The notes below the pieces were generated by a model. That model made no database searches. It saw nothing but the letters and a program-made list of their open reading frames with translations, and was not told where the DNA came from. From a virus (taxonomy: Duplodnaviria > Heunggongvirae > Uroviricota > Caudoviricetes): a DNA stretch of 64,000 nucleotides. This document shows positions 45,866-54,825 of the stretch, in pieces (the first letter of the stretch is position 1; each line of letters opens with the position of its first letter). The position numbers were made by a program, and so were the translations under genes. The stretch is taken from positions 1,134 through 65,133 of the IMG/VR virus record IMGVR_UViG_3300032220_001761. One strand, given 5' to 3'.

Positions 45866-46645
45866 CGATTTAATCTCAGATAAGATTTCTCTGAACCTTG
45901 GAATTTCTTTAATCCCCTCCTTATATGCAAGACCTTCTTCTAAGAGGTCATAAGTTTTTACAACAGTACTTCCTGTGTTGTCCTTGTTAGCCAATACAAA
46001 TACAGTGTCCGCAATTGCACAAGAGGATTCAATATCGTGGGATACAACCACTAAGGTATTCATCTCATCTAGATTTGATACCTTAACTAGCAGATCAACA
46101 ACCTTGTCCTTCATTATCGTATCTAATCCAGAAAATGGTTCATCCAAAAGAATAAACTTGTTCCCTGCTAGAACCTGCTGTAGAATAGAAACTCTCTGTC
46201 TCTGTCCTCCTGAAAGATCACATGGGTATTTTTCAAGTTGATCGGATAGCTCAAAATGCTCTGCATATTGATTGATGATGTCAGTTTTTTCTTTACCCTT
46301 AAGGCTGGTTAAAGCTAGGGAAAGGTTTGACATAATAGTTCGATGGTTAAATAAAGGGTAGTCTTGAGGAACCACTCCCATCTCTCCGGTTTTAACATCG
46401 TGCTGGTCTTCACCTACCTTAATCTCTCCGGATGTGGATTTATTGTAACCAGATAGCAATTTGAATAAGGATGTTTTACCACATCCGCTTCTTCCACATA
46501 TTGCTATAATCTGTCCTTGAGTAAATCCAGGTCTTGTAACGTTATGGACCTGCATATTGATATCCCTTAGGATTGGTCTCTCATCGTAAGTAAGACTTAC
46601 ATTATTTACAGAGAGGATCAACTGTTCTTTTTTGTAATCGATCAT
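45857..46645 (-). CDS. ABC transporter ATP-binding protein (SsuB/TauB-like)
   Basis: Walker A GRSGCGKTS, signature LSGGQRQRVSIL, Walker B FILLDEPFSGLD, H-loop VVVSHD. Confidence 0.85.
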   Translation of the reverse strand: MIDYKKEQLILSVNNVSLTYDERPILRDINMQVHNVTRPGFTQGQIIAICGRSGCGKTSLFKLLSGYNKSTSGEIKVGEDQHDVKTGEMGVVPQDYPLFNHRTIMSNLSLALTSLKGKEKTDIINQYAEHFELSDQLEKYPCDLSGGQRQRVSILQQVLAGNKFILLDEPFSGLDTIMKDKVVDLLVKVSNLDEMNTLVVVSHDIESSCAIADTVFVLANKDNTGSTVVKTYDLLEEGLAYKEGIKEIPRFREILSEIKSLI

Positions 46646-47454
46646 TTTCTCAAAATTTTATTGATCCATAAATTATTGTATCTCTTAGTATCTGTATAAG
46701 GGAAGATCCAAACTTTCATTACGTCGAATAGGTAATCGAATATAATACCCAGTGCGAGAATAACTATCAAGACTCCAAATACATCGTCGATCTTTAGATA
46801 CTTATTTGATTTGATCATCATTGTACCTAGTCCTCCTTCAGACATACAAATCCCTTCTACTGAGGTTATCATCATCCAGGCGATAGCAAAATTCTGTCTG
46901 ATAACTTCCAGTACTAAATGGAGCTTACCTCGGATAACCACTTCATAAAGTGTTTTCCATGTGTTGAATTTAAGAGAATAGCAAAGCTCATATTCTTTTT
47001 TTGGTATATCCTCTATGTAAGATAATAGAGATGTAACAAAGTATGGTATAATACCAAATAGGAGCAGTGAAATCTTAATATCGCTTCCGTCCTGGATAAG
47101 TATAGTGAATACAAATAAAAGTCCCGTATAAGTCAAAAAACGAAGCTTAGAGACAAATACTGTTATTCCTTTAAATGCAGGTATTAATGAAAGGTATACT
47201 AGCAAAAGGGAAATTGATATGGATATTAGCATCCCCTTTAAAATTAGTCCCAGAGTTGCAAAGAAGTTATCCAAGAATCCTGCTCCTGTAATAATATTCC
47301 AAGATGAATTTAATATACCGAGAGGCTTAGGAACTAATTCATTCCCGTTTATCTGAGCTAGGAATACGAATAGTGTAATTTGGATTGCTGCAATAATCAG
47401 CATTGTCCTTACACTTATGTTTGTTAAAAATAGAGGTGAAAATATCTTTTTCAT
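46642..47454 (-). CDS. ABC transporter permease (SsuC/TauC-like)
   Basis: Six hydrophobic segments, 270 aa. 4-bp overlap with the ATPase gene. Confidence 0.6.
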   Translation of the reverse strand: MKKIFSPLFLTNISVRTMLIIAAIQITLFVFLAQINGNELVPKPLGILNSSWNIITGAGFLDNFFATLGLILKGMLISISISLLLVYLSLIPAFKGITVFVSKLRFLTYTGLLFVFTILIQDGSDIKISLLLFGIIPYFVTSLLSYIEDIPKKEYELCYSLKFNTWKTLYEVVIRGKLHLVLEVIRQNFAIAWMMITSVEGICMSEGGLGTMMIKSNKYLKIDDVFGVLIVILALGIIFDYLFDVMKVWIFPYTDTKRYNNLWINKILRK

Positions 47455-47469
47455 TTTCTTTTTTAAAAA

Positions 47470-47499
47470 GAAGGACTATCCAGTTAAGAATAGTCCTTC
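47470..47499. terminator. 10-bp perfect hairpin GAAGGACTAT/ATAGTCCTTC between the binding-protein gene and the permease gene. Possible internal terminator/attenuator
   Basis: Read directly. Flanked by T-runs on both strands (TTTTTAAAAAAG on the minus strand). Confidence 0.45.
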
Positions 47500-47510
47500 A
47501 GATTATTTTA

Positions 47511-49286
47511 TTATTGACCTAAGATTGAGATTTCCACTCTTCGGTTTTGAGCTCTTCCTGATGCGCTCGAGTTATCAGCAATCGGATTTGAAGATCCGTA
47601 TCCTTTAGACTCTAGACGTGTAGGGGTCAATCCTTTTTCTTTTAGGTAGTTCAATACTGACAAAGCTCTTTGCTCTGATAGATTCATATTAGATGATTCG
47701 TTACCTACATTATCAGTATAACCTCCAATAAGGATCTTAGTACCATCTGCAGTTACAGCATCTTGGAAAATTTGATCTAATACATCTTTAGAAGATTCAG
47801 AGATTTGTGCAGATCCAGTAACGAATTCTATATGGTAAGATTTATTACCAATTTTATTGGTCATCTTAGTATTAGAGTAATCTGTCAAATTGATTTTACC
47901 TTTCAATAGATCCGGGTTATTCGCAACTACTGACATTAGTACAGATTTATCAAAAGCCTTAGTGTAGTCCAAGTACGAAGGTAAATCCTTAGAGTAATAC
48001 TTAGATTGTAGAGTACCAAAAGTGTTATAGATAGATTTGTAGATGTCAATGTTATCAGTTTTACCCTCTACATAGATACCTAACATATTAGCCATATCAC
48101 CTAAGTTAAATACCATTGAACCTCCTAAGTGTGTGTCCTCGTCAGCTTTGATACCATTGTAGTAATCGTACCAGTATTTCCCATTTTGCTCATCGTAGAT
48201 TTTAGCATTCAATTCACAAGCAAATTTCTTAGCATCATCGAAAGAACGAATTTGATCGCCTGCAATAGCAGCATCTTTTGTAATTTCTTCAGCTTCTGTG
48301 CGGTGATCATTTAACCACTTACGACATGTAATGGTAATGTTAGGCATAATTGAAGAATATTCCTTAGTGGAAATAATTGTTACACCGCCACGTCCATTAT
48401 GTGCATTAACGTCTCCAGGCGTCCATGTTGCAACTAGATCTGCTGTGACAGTAGTATCACGACCAATTGTTTTACCGTTCTTAACAATGTGACGTGATTC
48501 TTTATAGCCTGAGTTATATTTAACTACCGCATCCAAGAAATCTTTACAATACATGAAGTTAAGAGCCTCTGGGTCATATGTTGTCTCGTCTACGTTAACC
48601 TTAACCCCGTTGTCTCCTGCTAATTTAAGAGCTAAGTCAAGGTCACCGTCCATACGATATCCAACAATAGTTGCTCCTTTGAGATTTTGTTTATTGTCCT
48701 TATATTTTCGGTCTCCAATAACTTGGTCTTCTCCGTAAGATTTACCAGTTGTCAAGAAAGCTACAGGTTGATATTCAGGGCCTAAATCTTTAACAGCATT
48801 AGAGATACCTGTAATATAAGCTGGAATACCAGATCCCATGAAGGTAATAAATACGCCAGGAGTTTTAGGATTTTCCTTGTATTCTTTACAGAACTTAACT
48901 AGTTCTGCACAAGATTGAGCGCAATCGTCTTGGCGAATAAGGCTAATATCCAATCCAGAGCGATCAAATAATGATCCTTTAGTTGTTTGTTTACCTCCGT
49001 TTGCATAAGCCATCCCGTTTTGAGATTGCCAAGCCATGATGTACCAGTTGATTTTAGTACCTCCGTTGTTTGCAGGAGCTTCTGAAGGTAGACTCAATTT
49101 GATAGCTGCGTTTCCAGAAAGGGAAGCTTCAGGAGAGTCTGGAATTGCCACTTGACCGAAGGTTTTTGAATCCTCAACATCATGAGGTCGTTTATCCCAC
49201 CAAAATACTTTAAGTGAGAAAGCTAAAGCTACTGCGAATAGTCCGATTACGACTTTACCGCTTGTTTTCAATTTTACATTTGCCAT
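47511..49286 (-). CDS. membrane-anchored periplasmic solute-binding-like protein fused to a C-terminal OmpA/MotB peptidoglycan-binding domain
   Basis: N-terminal TM helix. About 400-aa middle domain. C-terminal OmpA-family block ILIGGYTDNVGNESSNMNLSEQRALSVLNYL...NRRVEISI. Confidence 0.65.
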   Translation of the reverse strand: MANVKLKTSGKVVIGLFAVALAFSLKVFWWDKRPHDVEDSKTFGQVAIPDSPEASLSGNAAIKLSLPSEAPANNGGTKINWYIMAWQSQNGMAYANGGKQTTKGSLFDRSGLDISLIRQDDCAQSCAELVKFCKEYKENPKTPGVFITFMGSGIPAYITGISNAVKDLGPEYQPVAFLTTGKSYGEDQVIGDRKYKDNKQNLKGATIVGYRMDGDLDLALKLAGDNGVKVNVDETTYDPEALNFMYCKDFLDAVVKYNSGYKESRHIVKNGKTIGRDTTVTADLVATWTPGDVNAHNGRGGVTIISTKEYSSIMPNITITCRKWLNDHRTEAEEITKDAAIAGDQIRSFDDAKKFACELNAKIYDEQNGKYWYDYYNGIKADEDTHLGGSMVFNLGDMANMLGIYVEGKTDNIDIYKSIYNTFGTLQSKYYSKDLPSYLDYTKAFDKSVLMSVVANNPDLLKGKINLTDYSNTKMTNKIGNKSYHIEFVTGSAQISESSKDVLDQIFQDAVTADGTKILIGGYTDNVGNESSNMNLSEQRALSVLNYLKEKGLTPTRLESKGYGSSNPIADNSSASGRAQNRRVEISILGQ

Positions 49287-49325
49287 TTTGTTTTGTTTTT
49301 AATTATTACTGATTTTACTGATTTT

Positions 49326-50318
49326 TTACTTTAAAAGACTGTCGTACGAATCTGAGCTCGATTTAGGTGTAGGTATTGCTACAACAGGTTGAGCGGTTTG
49401 ACCCTCATTATTGTACGTGAATAATTCAGGCTTGTATTCTTCAAGCATTCTTAATCCTTCAACTTGATAAGAAGCATTTTCCAAATCAATAGACTTCATA
49501 AAGTCTGAAGAATAACTGATTGCTTTTTTCATTGAAGCAAGTTTACCTGCGATGTCATCCTTAAGATAGTCCATGCTTTGTTCTACCATTAAGCGTTTTT
49601 CCACGTCTCCGTTGAAGATGGACATTGCAGATTTAAGAGCATTGTTACCCTTGGTTACCGAGTGGTAAAGATCTTTTTTCAACTCCAAGTCATTTTTCAT
49701 GTCATCCAACATGTACTTAGAATTCTTGTGCACCTGTGTGAGATAATCACCTATCTTTTGTAGGTTGTCTCGTATTGGTGTTAATTGTTGGATATACCCA
49801 TCCAATCTAGAAACTTGACGTGTAGCATTAGCAAGTTCCATTCCCATGTTGTTTGCTTTTGCAGCAGCAGCTATATCAAGTTGCTTACGCTTCTCTTTTT
49901 CTTTTTCCTTGATCTTAGCATCGATCCCTTCTTTTTGGCCATCAACCTCGATTGTTTTATTATAGAGGTTATCCCTCTCTTTTTCGATGTCCTTGATGTA
50001 ATCCTCCGCTATAATAAAAGGATCCAATTCAATCACAATACCTACCAATTTCTTCAAAAGAATTTCGTAAAGGTAGAAGAGGCTCATCCACAATTTACGG
50101 TTTGATAAGATCATATAGAGGGCGAAAGCAACCGCACATGCAATACCAAAATTAACGGTATTCCAAACGATAGTAGTTAAGATCGGGATTAGGAAATAGC
50201 CTATTGCCCCAAGAATACCCAATCCTAGGATTGTCCCGATTTTACCTCCTGGTCGATTCCAGTAGGATTTAATTTTGTTGTCTTTAGAGTCTCCCGTAGG
50301 AAATACTTGTGTGTTCAT
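49326..50318 (-). CDS. membrane protein with cytoplasmic coiled coil
   Basis: Two to three N-terminal TM helices, then a lysine/glutamate heptad region. Confidence 0.45.
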   Translation of the reverse strand: MNTQVFPTGDSKDNKIKSYWNRPGGKIGTILGLGILGAIGYFLIPILTTIVWNTVNFGIACAVAFALYMILSNRKLWMSLFYLYEILLKKLVGIVIELDPFIIAEDYIKDIEKERDNLYNKTIEVDGQKEGIDAKIKEKEKEKRKQLDIAAAAKANNMGMELANATRQVSRLDGYIQQLTPIRDNLQKIGDYLTQVHKNSKYMLDDMKNDLELKKDLYHSVTKGNNALKSAMSIFNGDVEKRLMVEQSMDYLKDDIAGKLASMKKAISYSSDFMKSIDLENASYQVEGLRMLEEYKPELFTYNNEGQTAQPVVAIPTPKSSSDSYDSLLK

Positions 50319-50327
50319 CCTTTTACT

Positions 50328-51026
50328 TTATTTGATTAGACTATTAATTTTTTGTAGATCTGATGAGATGATAACCTTACGAGCTTCGCATGCTGCTTTA
50401 TAAGTCATCGATTTCTGATTTGCTTTTTGTTCTTGATCTAAGGCCTCTGATTCCAATTTAGAAATCTCAGAAAATTCATTTGCAATCTCTTGCTGAAGGT
50501 TCTTAATCATCTCCTCCCTTTCGGAAATTGATTTTCTTTTTTGTTCTGCTGCAGAACGTTTACTTTGTACTTCTGCTAAGATCTTTTGATCAATTGCATT
50601 ATTGAATTTGCTAGCATCCTCATCAATAATATTAATGTAGTGGTTTGCAGATTCTACCAATTTTTCTTTGGTTAATCCCTGTACCTGTAAACCTCCAAAT
50701 GCTGCAGGAAATTTTATTTCCTCTGTTAGAGTGTTCATTGCCTGACACATTTTAGAAAATTCAAAATAGTCAGGTCCAGGAAGATTTGCCTTTTCAAATA
50801 ATTCATCAAAATGCTGATTGAACTTCTGAAGGTCGTCCTGTGAAACAGATACTGCGCCTTGATATGGAGACGGTGAAGCTCCAGGTACTGGAGGTACCGT
50901 TGTAGTTTTTGTGAGAGATGGTGGAGCGTTCTTTGGAACTGATTCCGTAGGTGTCTCGTCACGTTCGATGAAAAAATCTAAAAATCCCATTTGCCTTGAT
51001 TTGTTTTTTTGATTAATACTCCCCAA
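50328..51026 (-). CDS. coiled-coil protein
   Basis: Pro-rich linker, then a long helical region. Confidence 0.45.
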   Translation of the reverse strand: MGSINQKNKSRQMGFLDFFIERDETPTESVPKNAPPSLTKTTTVPPVPGASPSPYQGAVSVSQDDLQKFNQHFDELFEKANLPGPDYFEFSKMCQAMNTLTEEIKFPAAFGGLQVQGLTKEKLVESANHYINIIDEDASKFNNAIDQKILAEVQSKRSAAEQKRKSISEREEMIKNLQQEIANEFSEISKLESEALDQEQKANQKSMTYKAACEARKVIISSDLQKINSLIK

Positions 51027-51027
51027 A

Positions 51028-51043
51028 GATAGAAACTTCTATC
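51028..51043. promoter_or_regulatory. inverted repeat GATAGAA-AC-TTCTATC just upstream of the 50328..51026 start
   Basis: Read directly. Confidence 0.25.
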
Positions 51044-51102
51044 TGATAAAAAAAATATTTCCTTATTTTTATAGCATATTCATGAAAAATTTCTAATCCA
51101 AC

Positions 51103-51130
51103 AAAAAAAGCCGGGGTGTCCCGGCTTTTA
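51103..51130 (-). terminator. bidirectional-type intrinsic terminator after the lysis-gene block
   Basis: AGCCGGG-GTGT-CCCGGCT hairpin with A7 upstream and T4 downstream (T7 tract on the minus strand). Confidence 0.65.
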
Positions 51131-51152
51131 AATATAGTGATAGTGTTTCAGT

Positions 51153-51752
51153 TTAAGCTATGTCTGATGATAATAATAATGTATAACTAAAATGGTTCCC
51201 GTGGATTTTTTTAGCTTTTTTACAAATAGACATGAATTCATTAAAGTCCTTAACCTTTTTGAACACCTGACACCCTTCACTCCAATTTTCAACATATTCT
51301 GATTCAGTTTTTGGATTAGATCTATGTATGTTTATTCCAAACATACCCTGATCAACCGTAACCTCTTCAAATAACATATCTCTGTTTCTGTCTCTCCAAA
51401 CCTTTACCTCTCCGTTTCTTTGACAAAGAGCTTCATATTTTCCTTGGTGTAGATCTATAGACCAAACCCCTCTATATTGCCCAGGGATTAATCTAGCAAC
51501 ACCATTGGGGTTATGGAATTCTTTAACAGCTTTAGTTCCAGGATCTGTAGTGCACGACCAGCAATATGATTCCCACATATTGTTAACCTTGTAGCTAATC
51601 GTCATCCAGTCATCAAAAACATTAGTAACCTTTTTTTCAGTTGAATGGTTTCTTATTCCTACGATATTAACATCATAATCTAATGGGCTATCAAACCACG
51701 CATAGCCTTTTTTTCTGACTGCATTTTCTATTTGTTCTCTTGTAAAGTTCAT
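51153..51752 (-). CDS. putative cell-wall-active enzyme (L,D-transpeptidase/YkuD-like His-Cys fold?). Lysis-cassette member
   Basis: INIHRSNPKTESEYVENWSEGCQVF resembles the YkuD catalytic HG...S.GC[IV]R block. Immediately downstream of the GH19 endolysin. Confidence 0.35.
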   Translation of the reverse strand: MNFTREQIENAVRKKGYAWFDSPLDYDVNIVGIRNHSTEKKVTNVFDDWMTISYKVNNMWESYCWSCTTDPGTKAVKEFHNPNGVARLIPGQYRGVWSIDLHQGKYEALCQRNGEVKVWRDRNRDMLFEEVTVDQGMFGINIHRSNPKTESEYVENWSEGCQVFKKVKDFNEFMSICKKAKKIHGNHFSYTLLLSSDIA

Positions 51753-51757
51753 ATTGA

Positions 51758-52585
51758 TTACTTAAGTAAAGAATAATACTCGTTGAAGTGCTTTATTCTG
51801 TCAGGTAAACCTATAGTACCACCGTTAACTCTCTTAGTAACTGCGGTAACGGTTGCTTCGTCTGCACCCTTGTCACAAATAGACCAAAGTCCGTTATTAT
51901 TGAAAAAGAAAGCTGCTGACATTAGAGGGTATTTAGTAGCAACAAGATCAGGATTTGCTAAGATATCCTCATCTACCATTTTATCAAAAGCAGAATAGTT
52001 AGATTTTCCTGTTAATTGGATATAGCCTCTACCTCTGAATTTATAACCTTCACCTGAAGCCTCGTCACCATTACCCATCCTGGACGAATAAACACGATTA
52101 GCAATTTTCTCAGGCTGTCTTGCATACGATTCGTTTAGATTACCTGGAAAATATTTAGGGAATATCTTCTTTAATCCGTCTGATGAATAATTAAGATTCT
52201 CACTAATTGCTTTGAAACCTCCTGATTCATGACCACACTGTGCTAAAAAGTGTGCTAGTCTTAGTGTATTAGTGATATTGAATTTTTTTGCAGTGTCAGG
52301 GATCTGAGCGATAACTGCATCTGGGATGTGACCCTTGAGTTTATCTAATTTGAAAACTGATGTGTCGAAGACACTTTCAGAGACACTTTGTCCTTGAGCG
52401 GGTGAGCTAAACATTTTAGCCCAAGTTGCAGCACCAACAATACCATCTGCGGTTAGACCATTTGCAGACTGCCACTGTTTAACTGCTTTTTCAGTTCCTG
52501 GACCGAAACTTCCGTCGGCTCCAATTCCTAATTTTTGTTGAAGTTTTTTTACATCCTCTCCGGATGAACCAATTTTTAATAGCAT
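51758..52585 (-). CDS. endolysin: N-terminal peptidoglycan-binding domain plus GH19 glycoside hydrolase
   Basis: PG_binding_1-like DVKKLQQKLGIGADGSFGPGTEKAVKQWQSANGLTADGIVGAATWAKM. GH19 blocks LAHFLAQCGHESGGF and YKFRGRGYIQLTGKSNY. Confidence 0.8.
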   Translation of the reverse strand: MLLKIGSSGEDVKKLQQKLGIGADGSFGPGTEKAVKQWQSANGLTADGIVGAATWAKMFSSPAQGQSVSESVFDTSVFKLDKLKGHIPDAVIAQIPDTAKKFNITNTLRLAHFLAQCGHESGGFKAISENLNYSSDGLKKIFPKYFPGNLNESYARQPEKIANRVYSSRMGNGDEASGEGYKFRGRGYIQLTGKSNYSAFDKMVDEDILANPDLVATKYPLMSAAFFFNNNGLWSICDKGADEATVTAVTKRVNGGTIGLPDRIKHFNEYYSLLK

Positions 52586-52627
52586 AGGGATATATTTTTA
52601 AATATATATCCCCTAATCTTGGTGTAT

Positions 52628-52870
52628 TTACCTATATTCTACGATTTGTATTTCTATCGTATCTCCCTTTTTATATTCCCTGTAAACTGGAAATATTCTA
52701 CCACAAGAATATACTCGCCATCTTTTTCTCATTATCTCGTCATGGACAGAAATCACAGGAACCACTTCGCATGAATCTATTGCACATTTAACTACAGTAA
52801 CATTCTTCTCCATATTGTTACACGAGGAGAGTACTAATAAAATCGATCCTAAAAAAATTACGTTTTTCAT
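52628..52870 (-). CDS. small lipoprotein (spanin candidate)
   Basis: Lipobox LLVLSSC after signal peptide. Adjacent to the endolysin. Confidence 0.45.
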   Translation of the reverse strand: MKNVIFLGSILLVLSSCNNMEKNVTVVKCAIDSCEVVPVISVHDEIMRKRWRVYSCGRIFPVYREYKKGDTIEIQIVEYR

Positions 52871-53085
52871 ATTGTTGGTTTAAAGCATCTCATATAAACT
52901 TCTATTCTTTCTTCTGATATACTAAGACAAAAATTTAATTGGACTTCTGGATTTCCTTTAGGGTGGCTTTTTCTGATTGAATCATATAATTCCTTTCTTC
53001 TTGGGTCGGTTATTGAGGTCATGAATATTTTACCAAGAAATCCTATGATTGTTTCTCTTTTGCGTATTCTATAATATCCTTGCAT
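52867..53085 (-). CDS. hypothetical small protein
   Basis: 72-aa ORF, 4-bp overlap. Confidence 0.35.
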   Translation of the reverse strand: MQGYYRIRKRETIIGFLGKIFMTSITDPRRKELYDSIRKSHPKGNPEVQLNFCLSISEERIEVYMRCFKPTI

Positions 53086-53765
53086 TTATTTGGATAGAAA
53101 ATTTCTATCCAGGTTCTAGCCATTTTTTTATATAAAGGAGCATCTTCGTCCTCACCCCAATAATTCTTTCCCGAGATCAATGTAAAACACTCTCCGAAGC
53201 TAGATTTATTTGCATCCTTATTTTTTGACCAAGATTCATAATCTGAGTGAAATTTACTAATTACAAATCTAAACATCTTGGTTATTGGAATTACACTGCT
53301 GTACCCAATATCACCATTTTTCTTCCTATAGTAACTGATTGAATATCTTCTCCAGCTTGGATTGTATCTTTCGTCTTCTGGATAATTCCAGCCTTTATCT
53401 TTAGGCTCGATTTTAATCATCCAATTAAAAATATAGATGCTCTTTGATCTTTTCTTTTTCTTTATTTGACCTAACTGGTAGTAGTGTTGCCAAGAATCTA
53501 GTGCATAAGGAGTTCCTGATACTGAGCACTTTTCTATTACCTCAGAAGCAACCCCAAAATTTATCCCCTTAGGGGGATGTGTAAAGATATCACCATCCTC
53601 TATCCAAGTACATCTTAGATTATTAGCTATACAATATTTATTTACACATTGATATCCATCCTTCATTGACGGATCTCCATTAGGATTTGAAACATGTTCA
53701 CTAAGATCCTGGTACCTTTCTCTGTGGGTTACCTCTAAAGGTTTTTCACAACATGGACATCTCAT
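53043..53765 (-). CDS. hypothetical protein with N-terminal CxxC pair
   Basis: MRCPCCEKPLEVTHRE start. Trp/Tyr-rich. Confidence 0.45.
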   Translation of the reverse strand: MRCPCCEKPLEVTHRERYQDLSEHVSNPNGDPSMKDGYQCVNKYCIANNLRCTWIEDGDIFTHPPKGINFGVASEVIEKCSVSGTPYALDSWQHYYQLGQIKKKKRSKSIYIFNWMIKIEPKDKGWNYPEDERYNPSWRRYSISYYRKKNGDIGYSSVIPITKMFRFVISKFHSDYESWSKNKDANKSSFGECFTLISGKNYWGEDEDAPLYKKMARTWIEIFYPNKCKDIIEYAKEKQS

Positions 53766-53812
53766 ATTTAATCTTTTTCACAAGATTAAATAGATTTTTC
53801 CAGATAAAAAAA

Positions 53813-54394
53813 TTATTCAGGTTTTTTATTACTCTCAGAGGCATATTTAACCCCCATGATAGTACCGACTATAGAAAAAGCATTTGTTAAAAGTATACCA
53901 AACATATTACTCCAGGTAGATCCTATTATTTGTGTATCCTTCCCTGTTATCATTGCGATAGAATACATAATAGTAGTAATAACACCAACACCCAATATTA
54001 CTAAAAGAGCAACTTTTACTATTGTCCCTATTAATTCTGTTTGTGTCTTTTTTTGTATAATATCTAAATCGTTTAATGCAATATCTTTTGCCGCTAAAGC
54101 TTCGTTTTTAGAATCTTCCGCTTCTTGAAGTGCGGCTTTAAGCTCTTCGTTTATTCTTAAATTCTCATCTTCTGAAGCTTGTAATTCACGGTTTCTTTCC
54201 TGTACTTGCTTTGTAATTTCAAGTCTTTTCTTTCTGCTTTCTTTATCCTTTTCTATGGAAGTTGAAAGATATGCTTTAAATTCATTATCCCCATCTTCAG
54301 CTTCGATTAGCTTCAATATATTACCCTCTAATCCTATTCTTTTATTTTTCTGGATCTCAAGTAAGCAATCTCGGACTTCTTTACTAACTTTCAT
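53813..54394 (-). CDS. coiled-coil protein with two C-terminal TM helices
   Basis: Long helical N-part, then VKVALLVILGVGVITTIMYSIAMI and FGILLTNAFSIVGTIMGV. Confidence 0.45.
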   Translation of the reverse strand: MKVSKEVRDCLLEIQKNKRIGLEGNILKLIEAEDGDNEFKAYLSTSIEKDKESRKKRLEITKQVQERNRELQASEDENLRINEELKAALQEAEDSKNEALAAKDIALNDLDIIQKKTQTELIGTIVKVALLVILGVGVITTIMYSIAMITGKDTQIIGSTWSNMFGILLTNAFSIVGTIMGVKYASESNKKPE

Positions 54395-54825
54395 TATTTG
54401 TAAATTTTAAAAGGATTAGTTCTATTTTTATACCCAGGAAAATCTTTTCTGAATTCTTCTAATCTAGGTTCAATATCATCAGATTTTATAATCCAAAATT
54501 GAGCTCCTGATTTAACTGCTTTTGCTTGTTCTTCCGGCTCGTTAGACGAAGAAATAATCCCAATAACAACATTATTACCATAATCGAAATTTATTTTTCT
54601 AACCAGTTCTATCCCATCATAAGAAGAACCTATTATATTCAAATCAACAAATACACATTCGGGTTTACCGTTTGAATTTTTTTGCCACCCTTCAAAAAGT
54701 TTAGCAGCCTCATCAGAGCTGTCAAGGCTTTCAAGAGAAAGTGAAATATCAAGAAGACTACAAGCATCTTCAAATACGAGGTGAAATAGACTTTCGTCAT
54801 CCACTAATAAAATAGAATCAATCAT
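54394..54825 (-). CDS. stand-alone response-regulator receiver (REC) domain protein
   Basis: ILLVDDESL, acidic pocket, phospho-acceptor context CVFVDLNIIG, no output domain. Confidence 0.7.
   Translation of the reverse strand: MIDSILLVDDESLFHLVFEDACSLLDISLSLESLDSSDEAAKLFEGWQKNSNGKPECVFVDLNIIGSSYDGIELVRKINFDYGNNVVIGIISSSNEPEEQAKAVKSGAQFWIIKSDDIEPRLEEFRKDFPGYKNRTNPFKIYK

Noticed and set aside
49308-49325. Tandem 9-bp direct repeat ACTGATTTT x2 at the stop of 49326..50318
   Set aside because: Only two short units in AT-rich DNA. Likely chance.
50328-51026. Possible PspA/IM30 (phage shock protein A) assignment
   Set aside because: Coiled-coil rich, but the N-terminal amphipathic helix and conserved PspA blocks are absent. 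Left as generic coiled-coil protein.
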